64,000 bases of DNA from NCBI GenBank assembly GCA_965279515.1, contig CBDIID010000003.1, positions 3,168,001 to 3,232,000 on the forward strand, written 5' to 3'. Positions 1 to 9,794 of this stretch are shown here, piece after piece. The DNA is from Turneriella sp. (GTDB lineage Bacteria; Spirochaetota; Leptospiria; Turneriellales; Turneriellaceae). Both the position numbers and the translations under genes were made by a program. The stretch's first letter is position 1, and each line of letters begins with the position of its first letter. The notes beneath the pieces were generated by a model. That model made no database searches. It had not been told where the DNA came from and saw nothing but the letters and a program-made list of their open reading frames with translations.

Positions 1-273
1 GCCGCGCCGTGAGTCGCAGTGAATAGTGCTGTTATCCTGGATGTTAACGTATTTGCCGAGCACGACAGAATTCATGTCGGCCCGGGCAACGACCCCCGGC
101 CAAAGTGACGAAAATTCGCCCATCGTGGCGTCGCCAAAGACGGTCGCATTCCTGTGAATAAATGCAGTGGGATGGATTTTTTCGGCAGTATATTCTGGTT
201 TCTGCCTGGCTATGGCCTTCGCAGGTTTCGCCCCAGCCTTTTTCACACTGGATTTTTTCTTCTTGGGTGGCAT
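1..273 (-). CDS. Gamma-carbonic-anhydrase-like (YrdA/PaaY) hexapeptide-repeat protein, runs off the left edge
   Basis: Manual translation from ATG at 273: MPPKKKKSSVKK...IHPTAFIHRNATVFGDATMGEFSSLWPGVVARADMNSVVLGKYVNIQDNSTIHCDS. Contains the family R-x-D and NIQDNSxxH motifs. Not in the ORF track. Confidence 0.85.
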   Translation of the reverse strand, partial: MPPKKKKSSVKKAGAKPAKAIARQKPEYTAEKIHPTAFIHRNATVFGDATMGEFSSLWPGVVARADMNSVVLGKYVNIQDNSTIHCDSRRG

Positions 274-280
274 CGCTAAA

Positions 281-1177
281 TTAAGAACCCGCGGTGAATT
301 GGCGCTTGTAAATGGCGTAATCCCCTTCACGCTGGCTGATATAATAGAGCCGGCTCGCCTTTATATCGAGTACGGGAAAAAGATCGTTGCCGGGCGAGTT
401 CGTGACCTGATCGACGCGATTTTTTCCCAGTGAAACTGCATAGATATCGTTATTGCCAGAGACATTGGAAACTGCAAAGAGCAGCAGCCCCTGGATGTCA
501 GTGGTCGGTTGAAACGTGAAGCCGCCCGGTCCGAAGAGCGGTGATATCTGTTTTGAGCCGCGCTCAAGCCGAAAGAGAGAGAACGAACTACCCGCGCGGT
601 TTGAGTAAAAGAAAATGCTCTGCCCTGAAGACGAATATACCGGGCCGAAATCGAAATTTTGTTCGCTGGTAAGCCGCGTCTCTTTACTGGTGGCCAGGTT
701 TAATTCATAGAGATTGTATTTGTTATCTCTCTTGGAATAATACGTCAGGGTGCGCCCATCGGGTGAGATGGCGGGAAATTCACACCAGAAGTTGCGGTCG
801 GTGACGGGTGATACGGTACCGTCGCTGAGATTTACTTTTTTGATCGAGCCCGAACCAGCTTCATTGATGAAATAATAAATTTCTTTGCCGTCGCGTGAGA
901 ACACCGGTTGTGATTCGAGGTAAGAGGTCTTGGTTACGGTGTTTTTTTCTTGTGTCTCCATATTGTAGACAACGATGTCACCCTTCTGGTCGCGGTAGTC
1001 TGAGCTGAAGGCCAGGGATTTGCCGTCGGGTGAAATGGCCAGAGTCTGCAGTTTGCCGTATTCACCGAAAATACGCACAGGTTCCTGGATAGTGAAACTC
1101 ACAGCCGTTAATATTTCTGTCAGCGACAACGCCACCGCGAGTGTCGAAAAAAAGAGAAATGCGTAGGCTGAACGCAT
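281..1177 (-). CDS. TolB-like beta-propeller (PD40 repeats), secreted
   Basis: Signal-like N-terminus; repeated ISPDGKSLAF / PVFSRDGKEIY / PAISPDGRTL motifs. Start placed at ATG 1177 rather than 1210. Confidence 0.8.
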   Translation of the reverse strand: MRSAYAFLFFSTLAVALSLTEILTAVSFTIQEPVRIFGEYGKLQTLAISPDGKSLAFSSDYRDQKGDIVVYNMETQEKNTVTKTSYLESQPVFSRDGKEIYYFINEAGSGSIKKVNLSDGTVSPVTDRNFWCEFPAISPDGRTLTYYSKRDNKYNLYELNLATSKETRLTSEQNFDFGPVYSSSGQSIFFYSNRAGSSFSLFRLERGSKQISPLFGPGGFTFQPTTDIQGLLLFAVSNVSGNNDIYAVSLGKNRVDQVTNSPGNDLFPVLDIKASRLYYISQREGDYAIYKRQFTAGS

Positions 1178-1272
1178 TCGCCACCTTAAAGGAGCGTCTC
1201 GCTCCTGCAAGCCGCAAAATATCCACTGCCATGGCGGGTTTTGCGACCCATAGAGTACAGATGCGGATTGAG

Positions 1273-2049
1273 CTAGAACAGCTTAAACAGACCCATCATG
1301 CCCGGAGCCAACCGGCGCATGAGGTCCAGTACCTTCGCTGTCGGACCAGGCAGGATAAAATCTGTCTTATTGGCAATGGCCTTAATCGTCTCGCGGATGA
1401 CGTTATCGGGCGATTCGATCATGAATTGCGGGTAGTCGTTGATATCGATATTCACGCCAAAACGTTCGGACTGCAGAATCGCGGTGCGCGTAAAAAACGG
1501 ATGCACTGTAGAGACATGAATGCCCTGCTTATGGTAATCCATACGAATGGCGTCAGAGAAACCTTTGATTCCATGCTTCGACGCGGTATAAGGCGCGCCG
1601 CCGGGCATAGGCACGATACCAGCCACCGACGAGATATTCACAATGTGCCCGCTGCCGCGCGAAGCCATGTCGGGCAGAAAATAGTGGCAGATACGCATCG
1701 GGGAAATCAGGTTAATGTTCATGAGTTTTTCCCAGCGGTCGAGCGGCACCTCGCCGAACGGCCCGGCCTGGGCAATACCGGCATTGTTAATGATGATGTC
1801 GGGGCAGGGCGTAATCTTTTTGACATCGGCCAAAAAGCGTTCCGTACCTTCTTTCGTGGAAATATCACCGGCAAAGAATCCCAGAACCTTGCCAGGCCCC
1901 GAGTAAGTTTTGTAGCTGGCCAGTGATTCAGCTTTGACATCCGACAAAATCAGATGGCCACCAAGTTCGAGAAGCTGCGTCGCAAACTGCGCGCCGAGGC
2001 CGCCCGAAGCGCCTGTGAGAAGAATGCTCTTGCCTTCAAAATATTTCAT
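1273..2049 (-). CDS. Short-chain dehydrogenase/reductase
   Basis: TGASGGLG, NNAG and YTASK motifs. Confidence 0.9.
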   Translation of the reverse strand: MKYFEGKSILLTGASGGLGAQFATQLLELGGHLILSDVKAESLASYKTYSGPGKVLGFFAGDISTKEGTERFLADVKKITPCPDIIINNAGIAQAGPFGEVPLDRWEKLMNINLISPMRICHYFLPDMASRGSGHIVNISSVAGIVPMPGGAPYTASKHGIKGFSDAIRMDYHKQGIHVSTVHPFFTRTAILQSERFGVNIDINDYPQFMIESPDNVIRETIKAIANKTDFILPGPTAKVLDLMRRLAPGMMGLFKLF

Positions 2050-2146
2050 GGGCATTCGTTTAAAAGTTGAACACTGCGTCAATTATTAGCTATAGTGGGA
2101 TATCCCCAGTTCTTTACCCTTCGTCTTCGCTACCGCTTTTGCCGGG

Positions 2147-3577
2147 GTGACTTCGGTTATTGCATCGTATCTCGGCGGCCTCGCGGCAGTGCTCGGTGTT
2201 TTGCTTCGCCTTGCGGCCGGGGCGGTGGGCAGCTGGTTTCAGTCGCAGAAGGTAAAGATCATTGTCCTGCTGCTGGCTATCCCGCTTTTGCTTTCTCTCG
2301 TGCACCATCTCTTGCCCGGCACCCTGGGGCGATGGTATGCGGACCTCGATCAGAAAAAGGCGGGCTTTGCCGCAACGTGGCGTGCCTTCGATGCGCGTTG
2401 CAGCGTCTCGGTTTGCCGTTATCTTTTCCCGTCGCCGATGCGTCACTATGAGCTCCATGTCAAAGAAGAGGCGGGGTTTGAGAAATTCACCGCGGCGCTG
2501 AAGCGGCGCAATGAAAAACTTCCGCCGGCCCGCAGCGCCGAAGCGCAGGAGTTCATTCGACGCTTTATACCCGGCCGTTCAGACGCCTACACTTCGGGTC
2601 GGCGGGCGCAGGGCCCGGAAAATATTTCCACGATTTACCTGACCGGCACGTCGGCGCGCCCGGCGAGGGTCGATAAATATCTGAGTTTCAGCCGCGCACA
2701 AAAGCTCAACGGCATCTGCTTTGACATCAAAGACGTTTATGGTTTTGTGAACTATAAAACCAACTTGCCTGAGGTTAAATTGACCCAGGGCAAAATCACT
2801 CCGCCGTTGGGTGAACTAGCTCCCCTCATTGCCTATTACAAAAGCAAAAAGTTCTACACAATCGCCCGCGTCGCGATGCACCAGGACGAACTCATGGCGG
2901 GCAAATTTCCCGACCGGCAGATTAAGCTGAAATCGGGCGGACCGCTCTTAACCAAGGGGCGCACTGTCTGGGTTGACCCCAACAAAAAAGCGGTGCAGGA
3001 CTATAACCTCGCCATCATCCGCGAGGTACTGCAGGCGGGCGCCGATGAGATCCAGCTCGACTACATCCGTTACCCCGCCGAGGGCGATTGGAAAATCGCC
3101 GAGTATGATGGCCTGAAAGATTTCGACGACAAGCCGCGCATCATTGGGCACTTTCTGCAGCGCGTGCATTCCCTGACGCGCGCCTATGGCGCCTACCTGT
3201 CGCTTGACGTGTTCGGTGTAGTCGCCTGGCAGGAACCCCTCGATATCAAGAGCACGGGGCAGAACATGCACGTGCTCGGGCAGGCGGCCGATGTGCTGTC
3301 GCCGATGCTTTACCCCTCGCACTTCGGCCATTCCTTTGGCGGCGTGAGCAATCCCGCCGATAAGCCCGCGCTTTTCTTAGAAGAGGGCGTCAGCAACCTG
3401 AGAGAGATCAATAAGACGCAAATCATTCGCCCATGGTTGCAGGCATTCAAGTGGCGGGTGACACACTATACGCCGCAGTATATCACCGAGCAGATCCGCG
3501 GTTCGAAAAAAGCCGGCGGGCAGGGCTATCTGCTCTGGAATGCCGGCAATATCTACGAACACTATTCGGAGCCCTAG
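2147..3577 (+). CDS. Putative glycoside hydrolase (DUF4015-like TIM barrel), membrane anchored
   Basis: FDIKD, WVDP, DEIQLDYIRYP, SLDVFG, PMLYPSHF and RPWLQAF motifs. Confidence 0.75.
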   Translation: MTSVIASYLGGLAAVLGVLLRLAAGAVGSWFQSQKVKIIVLLLAIPLLLSLVHHLLPGTLGRWYADLDQKKAGFAATWRAFDARCSVSVCRYLFPSPMRHYELHVKEEAGFEKFTAALKRRNEKLPPARSAEAQEFIRRFIPGRSDAYTSGRRAQGPENISTIYLTGTSARPARVDKYLSFSRAQKLNGICFDIKDVYGFVNYKTNLPEVKLTQGKITPPLGELAPLIAYYKSKKFYTIARVAMHQDELMAGKFPDRQIKLKSGGPLLTKGRTVWVDPNKKAVQDYNLAIIREVLQAGADEIQLDYIRYPAEGDWKIAEYDGLKDFDDKPRIIGHFLQRVHSLTRAYGAYLSLDVFGVVAWQEPLDIKSTGQNMHVLGQAADVLSPMLYPSHFGHSFGGVSNPADKPALFLEEGVSNLREINKTQIIRPWLQAFKWRVTHYTPQYITEQIRGSKKAGGQGYLLWNAGNIYEHYSEP

Positions 3578-3579
3578 GC

Positions 3580-4647
3580 TTGCAGAGCTTTTGGCCGCGG
3601 GAATACTCTGCGCTCGACTTTGAACTGCCTGAAAAATTAATCGCGGCGCAGCCGGTCTCCCCAGCCGACCACGCGCGGCTGATGGTCATCGATCGCACCA
3701 CGGGCACGATTCAGCACGATCACTTTTACAATCTGGGCAGGTACCTTTTGGCAGGCGATGCCATCTTCTACAACGCGACGCGGGTAGAAGAGAGAAGGGC
3801 GTATCTTAAAAAGCCGGGTAGTGAGAAAAATTTTGAATGTGTATTTTTAAAAGTCGCCCCTAAGTCTGGGGGAAGGGTTGGGGATGGGGGCGTCTGGCAG
3901 GTTCTCATGCGCAGCATCCGTCGCCTGAAAGACGGCCAGCTGCTGCAGGCGGTGAAAGATGCCACATATGAATTCACGCTGCGCCGGGAAGATGATAGGA
4001 TCTACCTCGAATCTAAAACTCCGCTCGCCGCAGCCGACTTCGCGCGCATCGGTGAGATGCCGATACCGCCTTATATGCGCCGCGCGGCTGATGCCACGGA
4101 TGCGGAAACTTACCAGAACTTCTTTAACGAGCAGATCGAGCAGAAGGAGAAAATCTCCGGCTCGGCGGCTTCACCGACGGCAGCGCTGCATTTTACGCCT
4201 GAGCTGTTTGATAAGGTGAAAGCGGGCGGCATCGAATTCCACCCGGTCTGCCTCGATATTGGCTATGGCACTTTTGCGCCCGTCACAGAAGCAAATTTCG
4301 CACAGCGCAAGCTGCACTCTGAGCATTATTACATACCGCCCGCGAGCATCCGCAGGCTCGAAACGGCTGTGGGCCGAAAAATCGCCCTGGGCACGACGTC
4401 GCTGCGGGCGCTGCTCTCGCTTGCACATTATGGCGCACCGGAAGGTGAAACGGAGATTTTTATCAAACCGGGTGATATCCTCCCCGGCGTCGATGGGCTT
4501 ATCACCAACTTCCACCTGCCGCAATCGAGCCTCATTTTGCTGACGGCCGCATTCTGCGGCGAAAAACTTCTCGCAGATGCCTACCACGAAGCCATTCGAC
4601 TCGGCTACCGTTTCTATTCGTACGGTGATGCCATGCTCATAATCTGA
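3580..4647 (+). CDS. queA: S-adenosylmethionine:tRNA ribosyltransferase-isomerase
   Basis: DFELPEKLIAAQP, GEMPIPPYMRR, GSAASPTAALHFT, TNFHLPQS and YRFYSYGDAMLI motifs. Start taken at in-frame TTG 3580. Confidence 0.93.
   Translation: MQSFWPREYSALDFELPEKLIAAQPVSPADHARLMVIDRTTGTIQHDHFYNLGRYLLAGDAIFYNATRVEERRAYLKKPGSEKNFECVFLKVAPKSGGRVGDGGVWQVLMRSIRRLKDGQLLQAVKDATYEFTLRREDDRIYLESKTPLAAADFARIGEMPIPPYMRRAADATDAETYQNFFNEQIEQKEKISGSAASPTAALHFTPELFDKVKAGGIEFHPVCLDIGYGTFAPVTEANFAQRKLHSEHYYIPPASIRRLETAVGRKIALGTTSLRALLSLAHYGAPEGETEIFIKPGDILPGVDGLITNFHLPQSSLILLTAAFCGEKLLADAYHEAIRLGYRFYSYGDAMLII
3857..3890. repeat. REP-like C/G-tract element inside queA
   Basis: cccctaagtctgggggaagggttggggatggggg resembles the copies at 5343-5396 and 22001-22068. 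Confidence 0.55.
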
Positions 4648-4684
4648 TTTCAGGGTCACTGCGCGGAGTCGAAGTGACCGCAGA

Positions 4685-5341
4685 TTGAACTTGCGCTTGC
4701 CATTGTTATTTCTTTTGACGGCTGTCTTTTTCCTATTATTCGCCGCCGATTCCGTCAAAAAGAACAATCCCAATAAAGTCGCCGATTTTGCCGAGATCGA
4801 ATCACGCATCTATAAGAATGAGATGCTCGAGAATTTCGAAGAAAAGGCGCTGGCCGAGATTTTTCTGCCGCAAGATACCGAGGCGGATGTTTCGCTCTCA
4901 CGCGAGCTGGCGCCGCCGGTTTCAGAATCGAACCAGTACGTGAGCGTGCGCATCAAAACCCCCGAGACGCGGCGGGTACGGCTGCAGTTCAAGACCCCTC
5001 CCGAGATCAAAGGCTATTGCCGCGCCTTTAACTTTTGGCTGAGTGTCGAGAAGCTGCATGCCCGCATCACCCTGATCGTTGAAGACCGCGAAGGCAAACG
5101 CCACTTTCTGGACAGCGGCGACCTGCAGTTCCGTGGCTGGCGCAAGATTCGCCTGCCGGTAGGGCAGCGCATTCGCCAGCACGACCTCTACCTCAATGAA
5201 AAGGCACCGCTTAAAGTCATTGGGATTGAAACCGTGTTTGCGGCCAAGTACACGAAAGGAAAATTGCCGCTGATTCTGATCGATGAGATTGCGGCCGAGG
5301 TGCGCGAAAAATACGAAATACCCCCACCGTTGAAGAAGTAG
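4685..5341 (+). CDS. flaA: Flagellar filament outer layer (sheath) protein, FlaA family
   Basis: Signal-like N-terminus and the EDREGKRHFLDSGDLQFRGWRKI motif typical of spirochete FlaA. Confidence 0.65.
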   Translation: MNLRLPLLFLLTAVFFLLFAADSVKKNNPNKVADFAEIESRIYKNEMLENFEEKALAEIFLPQDTEADVSLSRELAPPVSESNQYVSVRIKTPETRRVRLQFKTPPEIKGYCRAFNFWLSVEKLHARITLIVEDREGKRHFLDSGDLQFRGWRKIRLPVGQRIRQHDLYLNEKAPLKVIGIETVFAAKYTKGKLPLILIDEIAAEVREKYEIPPPLKK

Positions 5342-5397
5342 TCCCCCACCGCCCTTGCGGGCACCTCCCCCGCATGCGGGGGAGGTTGGGAGGGGGA
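5342..5397. repeat. REP-like palindrome between convergent genes
   Basis: tcccccacc...cctcccccgcatgcgggggagg...ggggga nested hairpin. Confidence 0.7.
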
Positions 5398-6576
5398 CTA
5401 TCGGTTCAATTGCGTCACTGCTTTTTTAATCCCATCCAAAGTCAGGTCATACATGGGAAAAATACCCGCTATTGCGCGCAAGGTTGAGCCCGAAAACTCG
5501 TTATCCCAGCGCTCGGCGGCGATGGGGTTCAGCCACACCGCGTGTGCAAAGCGTGTGCGGATGCTCCTCAGTCGCTCAATCGATGGCTCGTATTCTTCGT
5601 CGCCGTAATTGACATTGCCATAGCGGCTGAAAAGTTCAGACGGCGCCATGCTCGCGTCACCGATGATAAAGATGCGCGTTTCGGCGTCTTCTTTGAGAAT
5701 CGTCTGTAAATCCACCGCTTCGCTGCGCATGTCATCTTTGTAGACATGGCCATAGATTGTGTTATGGAAGAAGTAGGTCTTCAGCGACTTCAGCTGCGCC
5801 GTCATTTTCTCAAAGACGAGCCGGGTGAGAGGCACATGCTGTAGCATCGAATAGCCGCCGTTGTCGATAAACAACATCACCTTGAGCTTGTTGCGTATCG
5901 GCGCGGTGAAGACGAGCTCGATGTCGCCGGTCTTACCCGAGCGGTGGATGGTCTCTGGCAGGTCGAGCTCGGTTTCAGCTTCATGTTTTTTCAGATTTTT
6001 GAGGAGCGCGATGGCCTGCCGCAGGTTCTCGCCGCTGAGGCTTTGCCGCGATGAATAGGCGACATGGCGCCTTTCGCCGATAACCTTGAGCGCGGAGAAG
6101 CCGCGGCCTTCACCCATGACGCGCACGCCACCCGCGGCATTGCCCGAGTGACCAAAAGCTGAGGAACCACCCGTGCCGACCCAGCGGTTGCCGCCGTGGT
6201 GCTCTTTGAGCTGTTCGCGCACGGTGTCCCAGAACTTTTTCATGAGTTCTTTGAGGTCATAATCATAACTACGGAACGGCACCTCGCCGCGGTCGCGGGC
6301 CTGGCGCAACCATTCGCGGAACTGTTTGGTTTCAAGTAGCGCCAGATCGCCTTCGGCGACGGCGGGAATGTCGAGCTTGTAGAAGTAACTGAGAAAGGTG
6401 CGCTCAAAGACATCGGCGTCATCACGGCGTTTGACGCAGATGAGTTTTAGAAGCAGAAAAAGATCATCGAGGCTATTGAGTTCGATCTTCTCCGGCGCGC
6501 GGTAGAAATCGAGAATTTCTTTCGCGCCGACGGCCAAACCTTCGTCGCGCAGGCGGTAAAAGAAGTTCAGCAGCAT
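5398..6576 (-). CDS. VWA-domain (CoxE-like) partner of a MoxR ATPase
   Basis: GGNRWVGTGGSSAFGHSG, DNGGYSM MIDAS-like motif, FFHN, GDASMAP and WLNP. ATG overlaps the upstream stop. Confidence 0.85.
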   Translation of the reverse strand: MLLNFFYRLRDEGLAVGAKEILDFYRAPEKIELNSLDDLFLLLKLICVKRRDDADVFERTFLSYFYKLDIPAVAEGDLALLETKQFREWLRQARDRGEVPFRSYDYDLKELMKKFWDTVREQLKEHHGGNRWVGTGGSSAFGHSGNAAGGVRVMGEGRGFSALKVIGERRHVAYSSRQSLSGENLRQAIALLKNLKKHEAETELDLPETIHRSGKTGDIELVFTAPIRNKLKVMLFIDNGGYSMLQHVPLTRLVFEKMTAQLKSLKTYFFHNTIYGHVYKDDMRSEAVDLQTILKEDAETRIFIIGDASMAPSELFSRYGNVNYGDEEYEPSIERLRSIRTRFAHAVWLNPIAAERWDNEFSGSTLRAIAGIFPMYDLTLDGIKKAVTQLNR

Positions 6577-7400
6577 TAGCCGCCGCGTACCCGCTTTTCG
6601 CCGCGGAAAGCGAGAATGTCTGCGGTACGTTTCAGCAAAATGCCCGACAGCGGTACCTGTTCGATCTCCGCCGGGGTAAATCCGCCCCGTTTGACTGCCG
6701 ACAGCCATTCGATGAGTTCGCTGGTCGCGGGGGCCTTTTCGAAGCCGCGGCCGCGCAACTCATAAAAGACCTTGAGCGCGGTATCGACAATCGGGCCTGT
6801 AAAATCGGGGAAATGCAGCGCAAGAATCTGCCGCATCTCATCGGCATTCGGGAACGTGATATGGTGGCAGAAACAGCGGCGCAGAAAAGGATCGGAGAGC
6901 TCGCGTTTGGCGTTCGAGGTGATGATGATGATGGGCTTCACAGCGGCCTTCACGCGCGTATTCGTCTCGCGGATAGTAAACTCGGAATCTTCAAGCACAT
7001 CGAGCAGGTTGTCTTGCACGTCAGATTCGGTCTTATCGATTTCGTCGAGCAGCAAGACCTTGCGTGTCGTCGAACGGAAGGCGCGGCCGATCGGCCCCCA
7101 GATAATGTAATCGTCAAAATTCTGTACGTTGCGCCCCGACGCCGCATCGGGAAAACGCGAGTCGTTGAGGCGCAGCACGGTGTCTTGGGTGTAGCAGGCT
7201 TCTTCGCCACGGAAGGTGGACTTCGCCCGTAGAATTTCCATCTCAAACCCCAGCGATTCAGAAATCGCAAAGGCCAGCTGGGTTTTACCGGTACCGGGTT
7301 CGCCTGTGAGCAGCAGCGGCTTTTCCATCGCCAGCGCCATATTGACGATGCGCGCCAGCTCGTCGGAGATATGGTATTTTTGCGTGCTATGGAATTCCAT
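6576..7400 (-). CDS. MoxR/CoxD-like AAA+ ATPase
   Basis: Walker A GEPGTGKT, Walker B LLLDEIDK, TSN..RELSDPFLRRC. Confidence 0.92.
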   Translation of the reverse strand: MEFHSTQKYHISDELARIVNMALAMEKPLLLTGEPGTGKTQLAFAISESLGFEMEILRAKSTFRGEEACYTQDTVLRLNDSRFPDAASGRNVQNFDDYIIWGPIGRAFRSTTRKVLLLDEIDKTESDVQDNLLDVLEDSEFTIRETNTRVKAAVKPIIIITSNAKRELSDPFLRRCFCHHITFPNADEMRQILALHFPDFTGPIVDTALKVFYELRGRGFEKAPATSELIEWLSAVKRGGFTPAEIEQVPLSGILLKRTADILAFRGEKRVRGG

Positions 7401-7512
7401 AGCGGCTCTTCAGGCGGACCTTTCACGCCGAAAACGCAAAGCGTAACTTGATGCTGGGTGTACGCTGCACTATAAAAATTGACGACTTGTTCAAGATTAT
7501 TATATTGGAGGC

Positions 7513-8964
7513 ATGAAAGCGAACCACCAAGACGTGCTTATCATTGGCGCGGGGATTTCAGGCATCGGCGCGGCCTGCTATTTACGGCGCGAGTTGCCGA
7601 ACAAAACGTTTGCGATTCTCGAACGCCGCCAGGCTGTTGGTGGTACGTGGGATCTATTCCGTTACCCGGGCATTCGTTCGGACTCCGATATGAACACGTT
7701 TGGTTTTGGTTTCAGGCCCTGGACCGAGACGCGCGTGCTTTCCGACGGGCCGTCGATTAAGCGATATGTCGAAGACACGGCGAAAGAATACAACGTGATG
7801 AGTAAAATCCGCTTCGGCAGCAAGGTCACGAGCGCAAAGTTCTCAAGCAAAGATGCGCTCTGGACGGTTGCGGGTGAGGATGAAAAAAGCGGCGAAGAGT
7901 TCGTCTATACGGCGAATTTTGTCATCGCCTGCACAGGCTATTATAAGTACGACGAAGGCTATAAGCCTGATTTTCCCGGTGAGAAGGATTTCAAGGGGCA
8001 GATCATCCACCCGCAAAAGTGGCCCGAAGATCTGAATTACACCGGTAAGCGCGTCGTCGTCATCGGCTCGGGCGCCACTGCCGTGACGCTGATACCAGCG
8101 ATGGCTGATAAGACTGCGCATATCACGATGCTGCAGCGCTCGCCCACATACATTGTTTCGATTCCCGCAAATGATGTTCTCTCTGAAACGCTGCGGCGGT
8201 TTTTGCCCAAGTCATGGGTTTATCAGATGGCCCGGGCGCGCAATATTCTGATGCAGCGGGTGATCTATGCCCTCGCGAAAGCGCGCCCTGGCGCGATCAA
8301 GCGCCTGCTCTTGGGTGCCGCGAAAATGCGCCTCGGCGATAGCGTCGATATGAAACATTTCACACCGAACTACAATCCCTGGGATGAGCGTCTCTGCGTC
8401 GTACCAGACGGCGATCTGTTCGAGACCATCAAATCGGGCAAGGCATCGATCGTCACCGACCAGATCGAAAAATTCACCGAGAAGGGCATCCAGCTCAAGT
8501 CGGGCGAGCATCTCGACGCCGACATCATTGTCAGCGCGACCGGCCTCAACGTGCAGCTCATGGGCGGCGTGGAGATCGAAATCGATGGCGCCAAGGTGCC
8601 GGTGACAGAGCGCGTGACGTACAAAGCCGTGCTCGTTGAGGGAGTTCCCAACGCCGCGATTATCTTTGGTTATACCAATGCATCATGGACGCTCAAGGTC
8701 GATATTGCCTGTGAGTATATTTGCCGCCTGCTGAAACACATGGATAAGAACCACCACCGTATCGTGGTGGCCCACGCGCCGGGCGACGTCAAAACCCAGG
8801 ACACGGTCATGGGCGCCTTGGCTTCGGGGTACATCCGCCGCGCAGCGGATAAGCTGCCGCGCCAAGGCACGCATGGCGTCTGGAAGGTTTCGAATGATTA
8901 TCTTTCAGATACGGCGATGCTGAAATTCGGTGGCATCACTGACGACGCGCTGAAGTTTACTTAG
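7513..8964 (+). CDS. Flavin-containing Baeyer-Villiger monooxygenase (EthA-like)
   Basis: GAGISG, GGTWDLFRYPGIRSDSD, FKGQIIHPQKWP fingerprint and GSGATA. Confidence 0.92.
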   Translation: MKANHQDVLIIGAGISGIGAACYLRRELPNKTFAILERRQAVGGTWDLFRYPGIRSDSDMNTFGFGFRPWTETRVLSDGPSIKRYVEDTAKEYNVMSKIRFGSKVTSAKFSSKDALWTVAGEDEKSGEEFVYTANFVIACTGYYKYDEGYKPDFPGEKDFKGQIIHPQKWPEDLNYTGKRVVVIGSGATAVTLIPAMADKTAHITMLQRSPTYIVSIPANDVLSETLRRFLPKSWVYQMARARNILMQRVIYALAKARPGAIKRLLLGAAKMRLGDSVDMKHFTPNYNPWDERLCVVPDGDLFETIKSGKASIVTDQIEKFTEKGIQLKSGEHLDADIIVSATGLNVQLMGGVEIEIDGAKVPVTERVTYKAVLVEGVPNAAIIFGYTNASWTLKVDIACEYICRLLKHMDKNHHRIVVAHAPGDVKTQDTVMGALASGYIRRAADKLPRQGTHGVWKVSNDYLSDTAMLKFGGITDDALKFT

Positions 8965-9304
8965 ATTTCAGCGCCTGCTCGAGCGTTTCGTAGACGTCGA
9001 GGTGTGCGTCGGACTTGGTGATCTTAAAGACCTGCATGATTTTACCCGAGACATGGATCAGCCCCAGCTTGCCGTTGTATTCACGGATCTTGCGCTGAAA
9101 GTGAAAAATCGCTCCCATGGCCGACGAATCGAGGTGTTCTACGCCTTGCATGTCAAAGATCACATGCGCCGGCTTTTCTTCGATATACTTTGTTATATCC
9201 GCCTTCAGTTGCGGAATGATATACATCTGCAGCTGCGCTTCGGTAAACTTGATAATGATCGCGCCATCGTGACGTGAAACTTCGACCATGCCGACGACGA
9301 TCAC
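8957..9304 (-). CDS. STAS-domain anti-sigma factor antagonist
   Basis: DMQGVEHLDSSAMG motif. The true start may be ATG 9289. Confidence 0.85.
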   Translation of the reverse strand: MIVVGMVEVSRHDGAIIIKFTEAQLQMYIIPQLKADITKYIEEKPAHVIFDMQGVEHLDSSAMGAIFHFQRKIREYNGKLGLIHVSGKIMQVFKITKSDAHLDVYETLEQALKSK

Positions 9305-9353
9305 CGGTAGGCAGCATTGTCAACAATAACCCGGTTTCTGGCCCCAGTGAAAA

Positions 9354-9794
9354 TTATCCGGGATTCGTTTTGCCCGTTTCGATGTAGCTTTTCAGCATTT
9401 GCTGAATCAGCGACGTCCAGCCGAAGTCGAAGTTCGCGCGTTTGAAATCTTCAAGCGGCGGGAAGGTCTCGAGCCCGGTGTGAGTCAGGCGTACGCGCGT
9501 CATATCACCTTCTTGCATCAACTCAAATGTCACGAGGGAATCGCCTTCGTAGCCATCGTAGCGCCACGAGTAAGACAATTTTCGAGGCGGTATGGCTTCT
9601 ACGACGCGGCACAGGTGCAGATATTGTTTTTCAGGCGGGCCGCCGCTAAAACTGAATTCGAAACCCACTTCAGCCCTAAAGTCCGCGAGATCGAAGTACC
9701 ATTGTTTCATTTCGGTTTTGTCGCTAATCGCTTTCCAGACGCGTTCGGGCGTCGTCTGAATGAGAATCTCTTTGATCAAAGGGGTTGTGCTCAT
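9354..9794 (-). CDS. SRPBCC/AHSA1-domain protein
   Basis: PERVWKAI..MKQWYF, LSYSW, LTHTG and GW motifs. Confidence 0.88.
   Translation of the reverse strand: MSTTPLIKEILIQTTPERVWKAISDKTEMKQWYFDLADFRAEVGFEFSFSGGPPEKQYLHLCRVVEAIPPRKLSYSWRYDGYEGDSLVTFELMQEGDMTRVRLTHTGLETFPPLEDFKRANFDFGWTSLIQQMLKSYIETGKTNPG

Noticed and set aside
1141..1926. 261-aa ORF on the + strand
   Set aside because: Typical antisense ORF opposite an SDR gene
5398..7400. MoxR/VWA pair as a defence system
   Set aside because: A common chaperone-type two-gene pair with no adjacent effector or defence genes
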